Both the position numbers and the translations under genes were made by a program. From Verrucomicrobiaceae bacterium (GTDB taxonomy: Bacteria > Verrucomicrobiota > Verrucomicrobiia > Verrucomicrobiales > Akkermansiaceae): DNA of 64,000 nt. Within the stretch, counting starts at the first letter, position 1. Each line of letters begins with the position of its first letter. Shown piece after piece: positions 50,302-60,293 of the stretch. The stretch covers positions 448,001 to 512,000 of the forward strand of contig JBPOGH010000001.1 in the NCBI GenBank assembly GCA_051252135.1, read 5' to 3'. Under the pieces are notes generated by a model. That model saw only the letters and a list, made by a program, of their open reading frames with translations, was not told the DNA's origin and made no database searches.

Positions 50302-52410
50302 ATGACACACCTACGTCATTTCTGGGCCCTCGTTCTCGCAGGCCTCATCTTCAGCCTCCCTGCATCCGGACAAACCCCGGAGCAGCTCGCTCAGCTGGAC
50401 CCCTCCGACCTCTACTTCCAGGGCTGGATGCTCGCCCGCGATGCCGATAACCTCATCGAAAAAGAAAAGCATCTCGACGCCTACGCCAAACTCAAAAAGG
50501 CCAAGGTCATGTTTGATACCGTCGCCGTCAATCACGCCACCTACAAACCGGACCTCGTCAAAGGCCGCCAGGAATCCACCCGCGAGACCATGGCTTCCAT
50601 TTACGACAAGGCCGTCGCCGAGGAAGCCGAAAAAAATAAGAACTCCGGCGGACTCCTCGAAGGAACCGGCCCCGGCACCCGCCTCGTCATCCCCATGGAC
50701 GCCGGAGCAGATGCCTCCCGCATGAAGGATCTTCAATCCCTCCAATCCGAGATCAATCAGCTCAAACGACAACTCAGCGACTCCATCAACGATCGCGACG
50801 CCAACGCCGCCCGACTCCGCAAAAGCCTCAACGAACTGGAAGCGGAACGCAATCGCATGGCCTCCGCCCCCCTCCGCTCCGAACTGGAAGCCCTCAACAC
50901 CGAAATCGCAGGACTCCGCCGCGAACGGGACGCCATGTCCTTGGCCCTCAGCAAAACCCGCACCGAACAGAAAAAGACCCTCGAAAAGCTCAAAGTCGCC
51001 CAACTCGCCATCACCGAATACCAAAAGAAGGAACGCGAACTCCGCGCCGTCATCGAAGAACAACGCCGCGTGAACGGTCGCGTCGCCAAAGGCCAGCAGG
51101 AGCAAATCGACGAACTCCGCCGCGAAGGAAAACAACGCGACCGCCTTCTCGCCGACGCCAACTCACGCGTCGAGGAACTCACTCTCAGCCTAAAGCAGTC
51201 CCAAGCCATGGTCGCCGAGCTCCAGGAAGAACGCGACGACCTCATTAAGGAAAAAGAGCAAATGGCCACCCTCCTCAAAATGAGCGCCGCAGACGGCGTT
51301 CAAGAGCTCCTCTCCCAAAATCTCACCCTCAGTAAAGAACTCAACGAAGCCAAACGCCGCGTCGAAGCCGCCACTGAAAACGCCAACGCCAACAACGACG
51401 ACGTCATCCTCGCCAAACGCGGACTCGTCATCGCCAAGGCCAAGATTCAGGAAGCCAGGCAGCAAAACGTGCAACACGAGATGCGCATCCGCGATCTCGA
51501 GACCCGCCTCAAACAGGCTCAGGACGACATCCTCGCCCGCGCCGAGTCCGGAAATCTCAGCGACGCCGACCAGGAAGAAATGTTCGTCCTTCGCGATATC
51601 GTCAAAAAACAACGAGACCAACTTCAGGCCCAACAAAAGAAAGGCCAACTCCTCGTCGAACAAGCCAAACGCATGGGCAGCGAGGATCCAAATTGGGCCC
51701 AGGCTGTCGCCCAATTCACCGGCTCCATGGCCCCCGTCCTCTCCGATGAGGAAAAAGCCATCATCGATGAAGTCAAGGCCGACTACACCGCCACCAGTCA
51801 ATTCCAACCCTCCGCCACCGAACGTCGCCAGGCCGCAGATGACCTTCGCCGCCGTAAGGAGGACCTCCAGCGCGTCGCCGGTCGTCTTTTTGCCAAGGAA
51901 GATATCGAAGCCGCCCGCGGCCTCCTCGGCATGATCATCGAGGAGGATCCCGGCGCTTGGGATGCCATGCTCAATCTGGGCATCGTCAACCTCCGCCTCG
52001 ATGACCCCGCCGGGGCCATCAAACAATTCCAACAAGCCATCCTCTACGCCGGCGACCGCCAAATCCCCCTCGCCCACTTCATGCTTGGAGATGCCTTCTA
52101 CCGCACCAACCTCTACGATGACGCCGAGCGGGAGCTCAACCTCTCCCTCTCCCTTGATCCCTCCAACGCACAGGCCAAAGTCCTCCTCGGCAACATGGCG
52201 GGACGCTTGGGACGCCCCGCCGAAGCCAAAGCACTCTTTCAGGAAGCCATTGAAACTGACCCCAACATCTGGGAGCCTCACTTCAACCTCGCCTACCTCG
52301 CCTCCCGTGCCGGCAACATGCAAGATGCCAAAATCCACTACCAGGAAGCCCTCCGCCGGGGAGCACCCGCCCGCGCTGATTTCGAGCGCACTATCGGTCT
52401 AAACCAGTAG
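50302..52410 (+). CDS. Exported long coiled-coil protein with C-terminal TPR repeats
   Basis: Signal peptide; heptad-rich middle region; TPRs (AMLNLG, AHFMLG, AKVLLG, PHFNLA). Confidence 0.8.
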   Translation: MTHLRHFWALVLAGLIFSLPASGQTPEQLAQLDPSDLYFQGWMLARDADNLIEKEKHLDAYAKLKKAKVMFDTVAVNHATYKPDLVKGRQESTRETMASIYDKAVAEEAEKNKNSGGLLEGTGPGTRLVIPMDAGADASRMKDLQSLQSEINQLKRQLSDSINDRDANAARLRKSLNELEAERNRMASAPLRSELEALNTEIAGLRRERDAMSLALSKTRTEQKKTLEKLKVAQLAITEYQKKERELRAVIEEQRRVNGRVAKGQQEQIDELRREGKQRDRLLADANSRVEELTLSLKQSQAMVAELQEERDDLIKEKEQMATLLKMSAADGVQELLSQNLTLSKELNEAKRRVEAATENANANNDDVILAKRGLVIAKAKIQEARQQNVQHEMRIRDLETRLKQAQDDILARAESGNLSDADQEEMFVLRDIVKKQRDQLQAQQKKGQLLVEQAKRMGSEDPNWAQAVAQFTGSMAPVLSDEEKAIIDEVKADYTATSQFQPSATERRQAADDLRRRKEDLQRVAGRLFAKEDIEAARGLLGMIIEEDPGAWDAMLNLGIVNLRLDDPAGAIKQFQQAILYAGDRQIPLAHFMLGDAFYRTNLYDDAERELNLSLSLDPSNAQAKVLLGNMAGRLGRPAEAKALFQEAIETDPNIWEPHFNLAYLASRAGNMQDAKIHYQEALRRGAPARADFERTIGLNQ

Positions 52411-52453
52411 ATCCCGCAACCATCTGGGCTCTGGGAATTGCATCTTATTGAAT

Positions 52454-52526
52454 GTGACAATTCCGTCACATCCACGGGGAAATTTTGTCACATTTGACTG
52501 GCGTTATCGTCCCAATATCGTCACTT
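52454..52526 (+). promoter_or_regulatory. Pho-box-like repeats phased at 11 bp
   Basis: GTGACAA 52454, GTCACAT 52465, GTCACAT 52487, GTCCCAA 52509 and GTCACTT 52520, all at multiples of 11 bp, upstream of a phosphate transporter. Confidence 0.6.
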
Positions 52527-52551
52527 CTTTGCCTCCTTCATCACACACACT

Positions 52552-54294
52552 ATGGTAACAGCACTCCAAATCCTCGGCGCCCTCGGAATCTTTCTCTTCG
52601 GAATGAAGGTCATGTCCGAGGGTGTTCAAAAGTTTGCCGGCGCGCGCATGCGGGCCGCCCTCGCATCCATCACCGGAAACCGCTTCAAGGGCGTCCTCAC
52701 CGGTGTCTTCACCACCGGACTCGTCCAGTCCTCCTCCGCCACCACCGTATTGGTCGTCTCTTTCGTCAACGTTGGCCTCTTGACCCTGGTCGAATCGATC
52801 GGCGTCATCATGGGCGCCAACCTTGGCACCACCCTTACAGCTTGGATCGTCGCCACCATCGGTAAATTCAGTGTCGCCAAGATCGCCATCCCCATCATTG
52901 GCCTCGGATTCCCCGTCTTCTTTATCGGCAAAGGTCGCGCCAAGGCCTTCGGTGAATTCATGGTCGGCTTCGGACTCCTCTTCCTCGGCCTCGGTGAACT
53001 CAAAGATGCCGTCCCTGACCTCAGCGGTGCGCTTAAGGATGGTGACCAAGCCACCGCCAACTCCATGCAATACTGGATCGGTCTCCTTGGAAACAAAGGC
53101 TACCTCTCTTATGTCCTCTTCATGATCGCCGGGGTCATCCTCACCCTCATCGTTCAATCCTCCTCCGCAGCCATGGCCATCACCATCACCTGCGCCATCA
53201 ACGGTTGGTTCGGAACCAACGAGATGGAGGTCTTCAAGATCTCAGCCGCCATCGTTCTCGGTGAAAACATCGGCACCACCGTGACCGCCTGGCTCGCCTC
53301 CCTCGGAGCAACCACCGATGCCAAACGGGCTGCTCGAGCGCACTTCACCTTCAACGTCGTCGGGGTCATTTGGATGCTCATCCTCTTTGTCCCCTTCACC
53401 GCCATGGTCTGGAACATTGCCCAGCACCTCCCGGAGAGCATGAAGTCCGCGAAGAAAGAATGGGGCGCCAGTGAAATCGCCTTCGCCACCGCCATCTTCC
53501 ACACCTCCTTCAACCTCCTGAACATCCTGATGCTCGTATGGTTTGTTCCCCAAATCGCCAACCTCGTCCAAAAATGGGTCCCCGATAAAAAGGAAACCGC
53601 CTCACCGCGTAACACCAACCGCCTCCGATACATCTCCCAAAAATTTGTCGACCTCGGCGAACTGAATATCGTGGAAGCTGAAGGCGCCATCCGCAAGATG
53701 TCCAAACACACCCACGAGATGTACAAAGGGTTTATCGACGCTTTCGACAACCCCACTACAGACCTCTCCTCCGAGATTTCACGACTGAAGAAGATGGAGG
53801 ATGAGGCCGACCTCATGATGCAGGACATCACCGAGTATCTCGTCCAGTGCGCCGCCCGCGATGTCACCCCGGAACACGCCGGAAACATCGCAGCCATGAT
53901 CCTCATCGTTTCCGAACTGGAAGAATGCACCGACTGCATCTACCGCCTCGTGAAGCTCATCGAGCGCAAATACAACAAGGGCCACCAGTTCACCGACCAT
54001 CAGGCCAAGCGCTTCCATGAAATCTCTGATGTCGTGGGTCAGGCCCTCGGTGCTGTTGATAACTACCTCCTTCAGCCCGTTCCGGCCGACGTGATCTCCT
54101 CCGTGAAGAGCCTCGAGGATCAAACCGACAACATGCGCAAGTCCTTCAACAAGGAAGCCATCAAGCGCATGGCTGAAGGCGATATCCGCGTCGAGATGCT
54201 CTACACCGACATCAACAACCAACTTGAGGCCATGGCCAACCACGCCCTCAAGATCATGGAAGCGAGTAACACCGCCAGCATCCGGAGAAACTAA
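52552..54294 (+). CDS. Na+/Pi cotransporter family protein with PhoU-like C-terminus
   Basis: Duplicated VQSSSA motifs, MGANLGTT and LGENIGTT, helical PhoU-like tail. Confidence 0.94.
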   Translation: MVTALQILGALGIFLFGMKVMSEGVQKFAGARMRAALASITGNRFKGVLTGVFTTGLVQSSSATTVLVVSFVNVGLLTLVESIGVIMGANLGTTLTAWIVATIGKFSVAKIAIPIIGLGFPVFFIGKGRAKAFGEFMVGFGLLFLGLGELKDAVPDLSGALKDGDQATANSMQYWIGLLGNKGYLSYVLFMIAGVILTLIVQSSSAAMAITITCAINGWFGTNEMEVFKISAAIVLGENIGTTVTAWLASLGATTDAKRAARAHFTFNVVGVIWMLILFVPFTAMVWNIAQHLPESMKSAKKEWGASEIAFATAIFHTSFNLLNILMLVWFVPQIANLVQKWVPDKKETASPRNTNRLRYISQKFVDLGELNIVEAEGAIRKMSKHTHEMYKGFIDAFDNPTTDLSSEISRLKKMEDEADLMMQDITEYLVQCAARDVTPEHAGNIAAMILIVSELEECTDCIYRLVKLIERKYNKGHQFTDHQAKRFHEISDVVGQALGAVDNYLLQPVPADVISSVKSLEDQTDNMRKSFNKEAIKRMAEGDIRVEMLYTDINNQLEAMANHALKIMEASNTASIRRN

Positions 54295-54315
54295 GCTCCC
54301 TGCTCCCTTTCTTTC

Positions 54316-54347
54316 AAACGGTCCTGATTCGTCAGGACCGTTTTTTT
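54316..54347 (+). terminator. Rho-independent terminator
   Basis: AAACGGTCCTGA-TTCG-TCAGGACCGTTTTTTT. Confidence 0.9.
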
Positions 54348-54362
54348 ATGCTCACTTCTCTC

Positions 54363-54548
54363 ATGCTCCTTCAATTCCTCGTCGCCCTTGGCCTCCTCTC
54401 TCTGGCCCTGGGAGCCATCCTCGGACTTGCCGGAATCTGGGCCTTTCTCAAATATCGCAAAAATGGCGCCCTCTTCCTGGGCACCACCCTCGTCATCACC
54501 GGAGTCATCGTCCTCTCCATTGCCCATCATTTGAGCGCTGCAGTTTAA
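54363..54548 (+). CDS. Small two-TM membrane protein (hypothetical)
   Basis: Two hydrophobic segments separated by KYRKNG; codon usage like neighbouring plus-strand genes. Confidence 0.55.
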   Translation: MLLQFLVALGLLSLALGAILGLAGIWAFLKYRKNGALFLGTTLVITGVIVLSIAHHLSAAV

Positions 54549-54597
54549 TCTTATTTGTGCATTTGAAAGAAACTCGCGAACGCTGTAGGATTCTTCC

Positions 54598-56037
54598 GTG
54601 CCAAGAACCTACAACCCTTCGCCAAGAACTTATCTTGATAACGACTTTCTTCTCCTGAGCGAGACCGCTTGCGAACTCTACCACGAGACCGCCAAGCACC
54701 TTCCCATCATCGACTACCACACCCACCTCCCCCCCGAGGAGGTCGCAAACGATAAACGCTGGGAAAACATCACCGAAATCTGGCTCGGGCACGACCACTA
54801 TAAATGGCGGGCCATGCGCGCCAACGGCATCCCCGAATCCCACATCACCGGAGACGCCTCCCCCCGCGAAAAATTCCAGGCCTGGGCCGAAACCGTCCCC
54901 AACACCCTCCGCAATCCACTCTACGATTGGACCCACCTCGAACTCCGCCGTTGCTTCGGCATCGATACCCTCCTCTCGCCGGATACCGCCGAAGAAATCT
55001 GGAACGAGGCCAACGAACGCCTCAAGGAGAAAGACTTCTCCGCCCGCGAACTCATGCGTCGCTTCCGTGTCGATGCCGTCGGCACCACCGACGACCCCAC
55101 CGATGACCTCTACCATCACGAAGCCGCCAATGCTTCGGACTGCCCCACCAAGATCTACCCCACCTACCGGCCCGACAAGGCGTTCTTCGTCGACCGGCCC
55201 GACCTTCTCAATCCTTGGTTGGACAAGCTGGCCCCGGGAATTGAAACCTTCGGTGACCTCCTCACCGCCCTCAAGGGACGCCACGACTACTTCCACGAAA
55301 AAGGGTGCCGCCTCACCGATCACGGCATGCGCTACGCCCTCGCCCACCCCTGCTCGCAGGACGAGGCCGACCGCATCCTCGCCAACGCCCGCCAAGGCAC
55401 TGCCGCCAGCCATCTTGAGACCGATGCCTTCGGCGCACTCATCATGATCCATGTCGGCCAATGGACTGCCGAAAAAGACTGGACCATGCAGCTCCACCTC
55501 GGCCCCAAGCGCAATCCCAACTCCCGACTCTTCGCCCAACTCGGACCCGATTCCGGCTTCGACACCATCGGTGACTGGCCTCAGGGAGAAGCCGTCCTCA
55601 CCTTCCTTGATGCCCTTGCCTCAAAGAACTCTCTTCCCAAAACCATCATCTACAACCTCAACCCGCGCGACAACGCCGTCCTCGCCGCCGCCTGCGGCTC
55701 CTTCCAGGAAGCTCCCATGCGCGGCAAGGTCCAATTCGGGTCCGGGTGGTGGTTCAATGACACCCTCAAGGGAATGCAGGACCAAATCGACACCCTCTCC
55801 TCCATCGGTCTTCTCCCGCACTTTGTCGGAATGCTCACCGATTCGCGCTCCTTCCTCTCCTTCCCTCGCCACGAATATTTCCGCCGCCTGCTCTGCAACA
55901 TCATCGGTCAGGATATCGAAGACGGCAAACTCCCCTACGACCGTCAGCTCATCCACAACCTCGTCGGCAACATCTGCTACCACAATGCCAGAGCCTATTT
56001 CGGTCTCCCGCACCACAGCGAAAACCTACTCGCCTAG
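54598..56037 (+). CDS. uxaC: Glucuronate isomerase
   Basis: LPIIDYHTHL, DHYKWRAMR, NPLYDWTHLEL, TTDDP, GSGWWFND and MLTDSRSFLS motifs. Confidence 0.97.
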   Translation: MPRTYNPSPRTYLDNDFLLLSETACELYHETAKHLPIIDYHTHLPPEEVANDKRWENITEIWLGHDHYKWRAMRANGIPESHITGDASPREKFQAWAETVPNTLRNPLYDWTHLELRRCFGIDTLLSPDTAEEIWNEANERLKEKDFSARELMRRFRVDAVGTTDDPTDDLYHHEAANASDCPTKIYPTYRPDKAFFVDRPDLLNPWLDKLAPGIETFGDLLTALKGRHDYFHEKGCRLTDHGMRYALAHPCSQDEADRILANARQGTAASHLETDAFGALIMIHVGQWTAEKDWTMQLHLGPKRNPNSRLFAQLGPDSGFDTIGDWPQGEAVLTFLDALASKNSLPKTIIYNLNPRDNAVLAAACGSFQEAPMRGKVQFGSGWWFNDTLKGMQDQIDTLSSIGLLPHFVGMLTDSRSFLSFPRHEYFRRLLCNIIGQDIEDGKLPYDRQLIHNLVGNICYHNARAYFGLPHHSENLLA

Positions 56038-56430
56038 CACAAAATCCCTCATCACCTCCGGTATCCGCCGTGGACGTCCTGAGCTGACATCCACATAAAC
56101 CCATTCGGTCTCGCCCCGGGCCACCAGTTCCTCGTTACGATAAAATTCGTACCTCCTCAGGCTCTTCACCCGCTCCGCCCCCGCGATCCAGGTTCTCGCG
56201 ACCACCTCGTCCCCCTCAAACACCGGACGCAGGTATTCGATCCCGTGCCTCCGCGCAAACCACGTCGTCCCATTCTCCTCCATCAGAGCATCAATCTGCC
56301 AGGTCGATGCATGCGATACGGCCACCCGCTGCATCCACTCCACATAAGCCACATTATTCACGTGCCCGTTCCCGTCGATCACCGAGCTATCAACCCGGAT
56401 CGCCAATTCGTGAATTCTCCCCTCCATCAT
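56026..56430 (-). CDS. Acyl-CoA thioesterase (4HBT/YbgC-like hot-dog fold)
   Basis: IDGNGHVNNVAY, IEYLRP and GRPRRIP motifs. Confidence 0.9.
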   Translation of the reverse strand: MMEGRIHELAIRVDSSVIDGNGHVNNVAYVEWMQRVAVSHASTWQIDALMEENGTTWFARRHGIEYLRPVFEGDEVVARTWIAGAERVKSLRRYEFYRNEELVARGETEWVYVDVSSGRPRRIPEVMRDFVLGE

Positions 56431-57329
56431 TGCCCCTTCCCTACAGTGTGATCTCTCAAAAGCCCATTCTCCCGGGCCAAATGCTTTTCAAAAAATGCAC
56501 CCACCACCTTCTCAACCGACGGCCCAAACCCCGCTCCGTGACCACCTCCCTTCACCGTGAGTAACACACAATCGCAGCCCGCTTTCTCATAGGCCGCATC
56601 CAGATCAACCGACTGCTGATACGGCACCAAACGGTCTTCCGTCCCATGCACCACCAACATCGGCGGGTCACCAGGACCCACCTGATAAAGCGGTGACGCC
56701 GCCTTCGCCTTCTCCAGATTCTCTGAAATCTTCCCGCCCACCAATCTTCCCTCCGGAGAATCGGCAGCACTGTGATTCATCGCACTCCCTTGCTCATCCA
56801 TCATCACCAAATCAGCAGGCCCGAAAAAATTCACCACCGCCTTGACCTTCGATGACTCCTCCCGATACGGCCCCACCACACCTTCATAGGCCGCCTCTCC
56901 ATTCGTCACTCCCAGCATCGCCGCCAAATGCCCTCCCGCCGATGATCCCCACACCAAAATCCGCTCCGGATCGAGCCCGTATTTATCAGCATTGGCCCGC
57001 ACAAACCTCACCGCCGCCTTGCAATCATGAATCTGCGCCGGCCATTGCGCCTCGTCAGTCAGCCGATACCCCACCGACACCACCGCTGCCATTTTCAGCT
57101 GAGCCAGCTTCTTCGACATTCCCGCATTCTCCTTACTTCCCTGCCGCCATGCCCCTCCATGAATCCACAACACCACCGGCATCGGCTTCTCCATCCCCTC
57201 GGGCAGATAAACATCCACCATCTGCCGCGGATTCTCGTTTCCCGCGTAATTGAGATCAGCCACTTTCCGAACCCCCTGACCGGAGACCGGAAGAATCAAA
57301 AATACAAAAACAAACAGTCGAAAAAGCAT
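56427..57329 (-). CDS. Secreted alpha/beta hydrolase (esterase/lipase)
   Basis: HGGAW, GSSAGGHLA nucleophile elbow, HGTEDRLVP and GGGHG motifs. Confidence 0.92.
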   Translation of the reverse strand: MLFRLFVFVFLILPVSGQGVRKVADLNYAGNENPRQMVDVYLPEGMEKPMPVVLWIHGGAWRQGSKENAGMSKKLAQLKMAAVVSVGYRLTDEAQWPAQIHDCKAAVRFVRANADKYGLDPERILVWGSSAGGHLAAMLGVTNGEAAYEGVVGPYREESSKVKAVVNFFGPADLVMMDEQGSAMNHSAADSPEGRLVGGKISENLEKAKAASPLYQVGPGDPPMLVVHGTEDRLVPYQQSVDLDAAYEKAGCDCVLLTVKGGGHGAGFGPSVEKVVGAFFEKHLARENGLLRDHTVGKGQ

Positions 57330-57374
57330 ATCCGATCCTCGCAGCTTCTCCCACCTTTGCAAATCACAAGCACC

Positions 57375-58160
57375 CTACCGGATCCGATCCGCCAGCGCCT
57401 TCACCACCGGCATCATCCGGAGCAGCCGTTCCGCCTGCTGACTCTCTTTCATCGGCCCCTTTTCACTGAGCCTGACTACCGCGTTCTGACCCACCGGAGG
57501 CACAACCTCAATATTCTCGGCCCAAGCGGGACGGGCCAATAACTCTTGAACGTGAACTTCGCCCGAAACCAACCCCCACTTCGCAAAGGGCCCGCCTCCC
57601 AACAGATCGATTCGCCCCCCAAATATCTCTCCATCCTGACGCACCACTTCCCACAAATCGTTCCCAATCACGGGAGGATAAAAGACCAGCCGAAGATGGT
57701 TCTCTGAACCCGCAGTCACCAAATACTCCGCCAACCCCAGCGAGAAGGCCACCGGCGTGCCGCCCTCCCCATACGGAACCGTAATGAGAACCACTTTCTT
57801 CTTCTCAATCTCCCCCATATCGACCCACAAGGTTTTCCAGAGCAATCCCTCCGCACGGGTTTCCACACTCCGGGAAACCTCGAAGCCCATGTTCATCGGC
57901 CCAAGCGTTCCCTCAATCATCGAGGCCGACTGCTTCAGCGCCTTGCGTCCTTCCGGAGTTTCCAGATTCCTCTTTCCAACCAGCCGATTCAGCTTCGAAA
58001 GATAATCGCGGAGCTCCGATGTCGTCACCTGCCCCTCCAATGGCTGCGATTTCGGTTTCTCTTCGGTTGCTCCGAGATAAAGCGCCACCATGATTGAAAC
58101 AATCAGCAGCGCAAAAATCGCAAACAACGCGATCCCAAACTTTGGTTTCGGTTCAGTCAT
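57375..58160 (-). CDS. Membrane-anchored hypothetical protein, possibly a degenerate M28-peptidase fold
   Basis: Single N-terminal TM; VGKRN...ALKQSASMIEGTLG resembles M28 N-termini; ATGA overlap with lpxB. Confidence 0.65.
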   Translation of the reverse strand: MTEPKPKFGIALFAIFALLIVSIMVALYLGATEEKPKSQPLEGQVTTSELRDYLSKLNRLVGKRNLETPEGRKALKQSASMIEGTLGPMNMGFEVSRSVETRAEGLLWKTLWVDMGEIEKKKVVLITVPYGEGGTPVAFSLGLAEYLVTAGSENHLRLVFYPPVIGNDLWEVVRQDGEIFGGRIDLLGGGPFAKWGLVSGEVHVQELLARPAWAENIEVVPPVGQNAVVRLSEKGPMKESQQAERLLRMMPVVKALADRIR

Positions 58161-59290
58161 GACGATGGAAAAAGTTGTGCAATGGCATCAGCCGCCCGTT
58201 GGTGCGTTCCCGGCTCACCCAGACGTGAGGCCGCCTCTTCCAATGATCTCCCGTGTTCCAGTCTGGCCTCCGTGTTTTGAAGCATCCCTCCAAGCCAATG
58301 GGCCGCTTCGTAGGCATTGGCGTCATTTTGAATAAACTCCGGAACCAACTCCCTTCCCGCCAAAATATTGATCAAACCAATATAGGGGAGATTCACCAAC
58401 TGGCGGGCCATCAAATACGTCGGCCAGGCCACCCGATAAACCAGACAGTAGGGCATCCCGTAATAAGCCGCCTCCAGAGTCGCCGTCCCACTGGCCACCA
58501 CGCCACAACCCACCTGCTGCATCAGCTCATGGCTTCCTCCCGATCGGATCGACACCAGGCCGGATGGGAGCCCGCTCGCTTCCAATGCAGCCCGCATCAC
58601 ACGCTCCACCTTGGCACTCGCCGCGGCAGCCTCAAATCGCACCTCCGGCTCCCTCGTATGCAACAAGCCCACAGACTCCAGCATCATCGGAAACAACCGG
58701 CTCACCTCCTTGCTCCGGCTCCCCGGGAAAAGCCCGACCAATTTCGCATCCCGCACGTGATCCCCCCGACTCTCCTCCAACTCATCCACCAAAGGATGAC
58801 CCACCCACTCGGTTTTGAGGCCCGCATCCTCAAACAGCTCAACCTCAAAAGGAAACAAGCACAGCATCAGATCGTGGGATTTTGCAATCTGCGGAATTCG
58901 CTTCTTGTTCCAGGCCCAAACCTGCGGAGCCACATAGTGCACGATCTTGGTATCGGGCGAGCGCTCCTTCACCTGCTTGGCCAGCCGTAAATTAAAACCG
59001 GGGTAATCAATCAGCAAAAGAATCTCCGGCTTCCATTCGACAACCGCCGCCACCACCTCATCAAATCGCTTTTTGAACCATCCATAACGGCGCAACACCT
59101 CCCAAACACCCACCACCGCCGCATCGTCAATCCAGTCTGACACCGCCTCACCGCCCGATTCCCGCATCCGCGGCCCTCCAAGCCCCCGGAATTCCACCCC
59201 CTCATTCTCTCTCTTTAGGACGTCCATTAACTCAGACCCGTGGGTATCTCCACTCACTTCTCCGGCCAGAACATAGATGCGACGTTTCAT
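58157..59290 (-). CDS. lpxB: Lipid-A-disaccharide synthase
   Basis: AGEVSGD, IDYPGFN, YVAPQVWAW, LFPFE, VGHPL, FPGSR and ASGTATLE motifs; start at ATG 59290. Confidence 0.97.
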   Translation of the reverse strand: MKRRIYVLAGEVSGDTHGSELMDVLKRENEGVEFRGLGGPRMRESGGEAVSDWIDDAAVVGVWEVLRRYGWFKKRFDEVVAAVVEWKPEILLLIDYPGFNLRLAKQVKERSPDTKIVHYVAPQVWAWNKKRIPQIAKSHDLMLCLFPFEVELFEDAGLKTEWVGHPLVDELEESRGDHVRDAKLVGLFPGSRSKEVSRLFPMMLESVGLLHTREPEVRFEAAAASAKVERVMRAALEASGLPSGLVSIRSGGSHELMQQVGCGVVASGTATLEAAYYGMPYCLVYRVAWPTYLMARQLVNLPYIGLINILAGRELVPEFIQNDANAYEAAHWLGGMLQNTEARLEHGRSLEEAASRLGEPGTHQRAADAIAQLFPSS

Positions 59291-59424
59291 GTGCGGGCGC
59301 ACCCTACGCCCTTCCCCCCATTTTCCAAAACCCAAATCATCCGCAAATTCCCGCGACAAACCACTGACAAGGGCTTGCTTCCAACGAGACAAACCCTTAT
59401 TTCCTCCCCCAGCAAAAAATTTCC

Positions 59425-60216
59425 ATGTCAGAAAAGGAAGATCCCCAAAACAACCAAGCCCCAAGCCCGATCGGCGAAATCGAACACGGTCCCTCGGGAC
59501 TTGAGGCTTTTCTCGATGCCAATCAGAAAAAACTGATGGTCTTCGGCAGCCTTCTCATCATTGCCGTCGTCGCCTACGTTATTATTACCGGGGTTCAGCG
59601 CAAGAATCGCGAAACCGCCGCTGCGGAAATTAGCGCCGCCAACGACCTCCCCTCCCTTCGCGCTGCCTACGAAAAACACAAGGACACTCCTGCCGGAGCC
59701 ACCGCCCTCGTGACCATCGCCGAAAAGCAATGGGCCGACCAACGCCAACAGGAAGCGATTGAATCCCTCGAAACCGCCCTTTCCGAATACCCTGATCACC
59801 CCCTTGCCAGCAGCATTCAGCTTCGTCTCGGAACCTACCACCGCGATCTTGGCAATCTTGAAGAAGCCACCTCGTACTTCCAGGCCGCAGCAGATGCCGA
59901 CACCGCAGTAAGCTCTCCGGCTCTCGTGGCTCTCGGAGATCTTGCCCTGCGCGCCGGCAGAAACGACGAAGCCAACGCGTTCTACCAAAAAGTGGGCGAC
60001 CAATACGGAGAACGCCACCTCAACTTCAGAAGTCTCGCCGATTCCCACAAAAAACTCGTCGGCGTCGCCGCTCCAAAGGAAGTAACCCCGGCACCCAAGC
60101 CCGAAGAAGCCGTGTCCGACCCCTTGAAACTCCCCGAACTTCCCCCTCTTCCCCCCATTCCAAATTCTCCCAAGCCCATCGAGCCCCCAACTCCCGATAC
60201 CTCCGCCGAAGATTAA
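59425..60216 (+). CDS. YfgM-like single-TM TPR protein with Pro-rich tail
   Basis: LEAFLDANQKKL followed by a TM segment, TPR helices, and a P/E-rich C-terminus. Confidence 0.75.
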   Translation: MSEKEDPQNNQAPSPIGEIEHGPSGLEAFLDANQKKLMVFGSLLIIAVVAYVIITGVQRKNRETAAAEISAANDLPSLRAAYEKHKDTPAGATALVTIAEKQWADQRQQEAIESLETALSEYPDHPLASSIQLRLGTYHRDLGNLEEATSYFQAAADADTAVSSPALVALGDLALRAGRNDEANAFYQKVGDQYGERHLNFRSLADSHKKLVGVAAPKEVTPAPKPEEAVSDPLKLPELPPLPPIPNSPKPIEPPTPDTSAED

Positions 60217-60293
60217 TTTTAAAAAATCCTGTATTTCATCCTTCCAAAACCAGTCTTTTTTGACACTCTTACAACAACAACCCTATTCAATCC

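Noticed and set aside
48535..50310. 591-aa minus-strand ORF across the DEAD-box gene and ruvC
   Set aside because: Shadow ORF that persists because the two real genes share a frame
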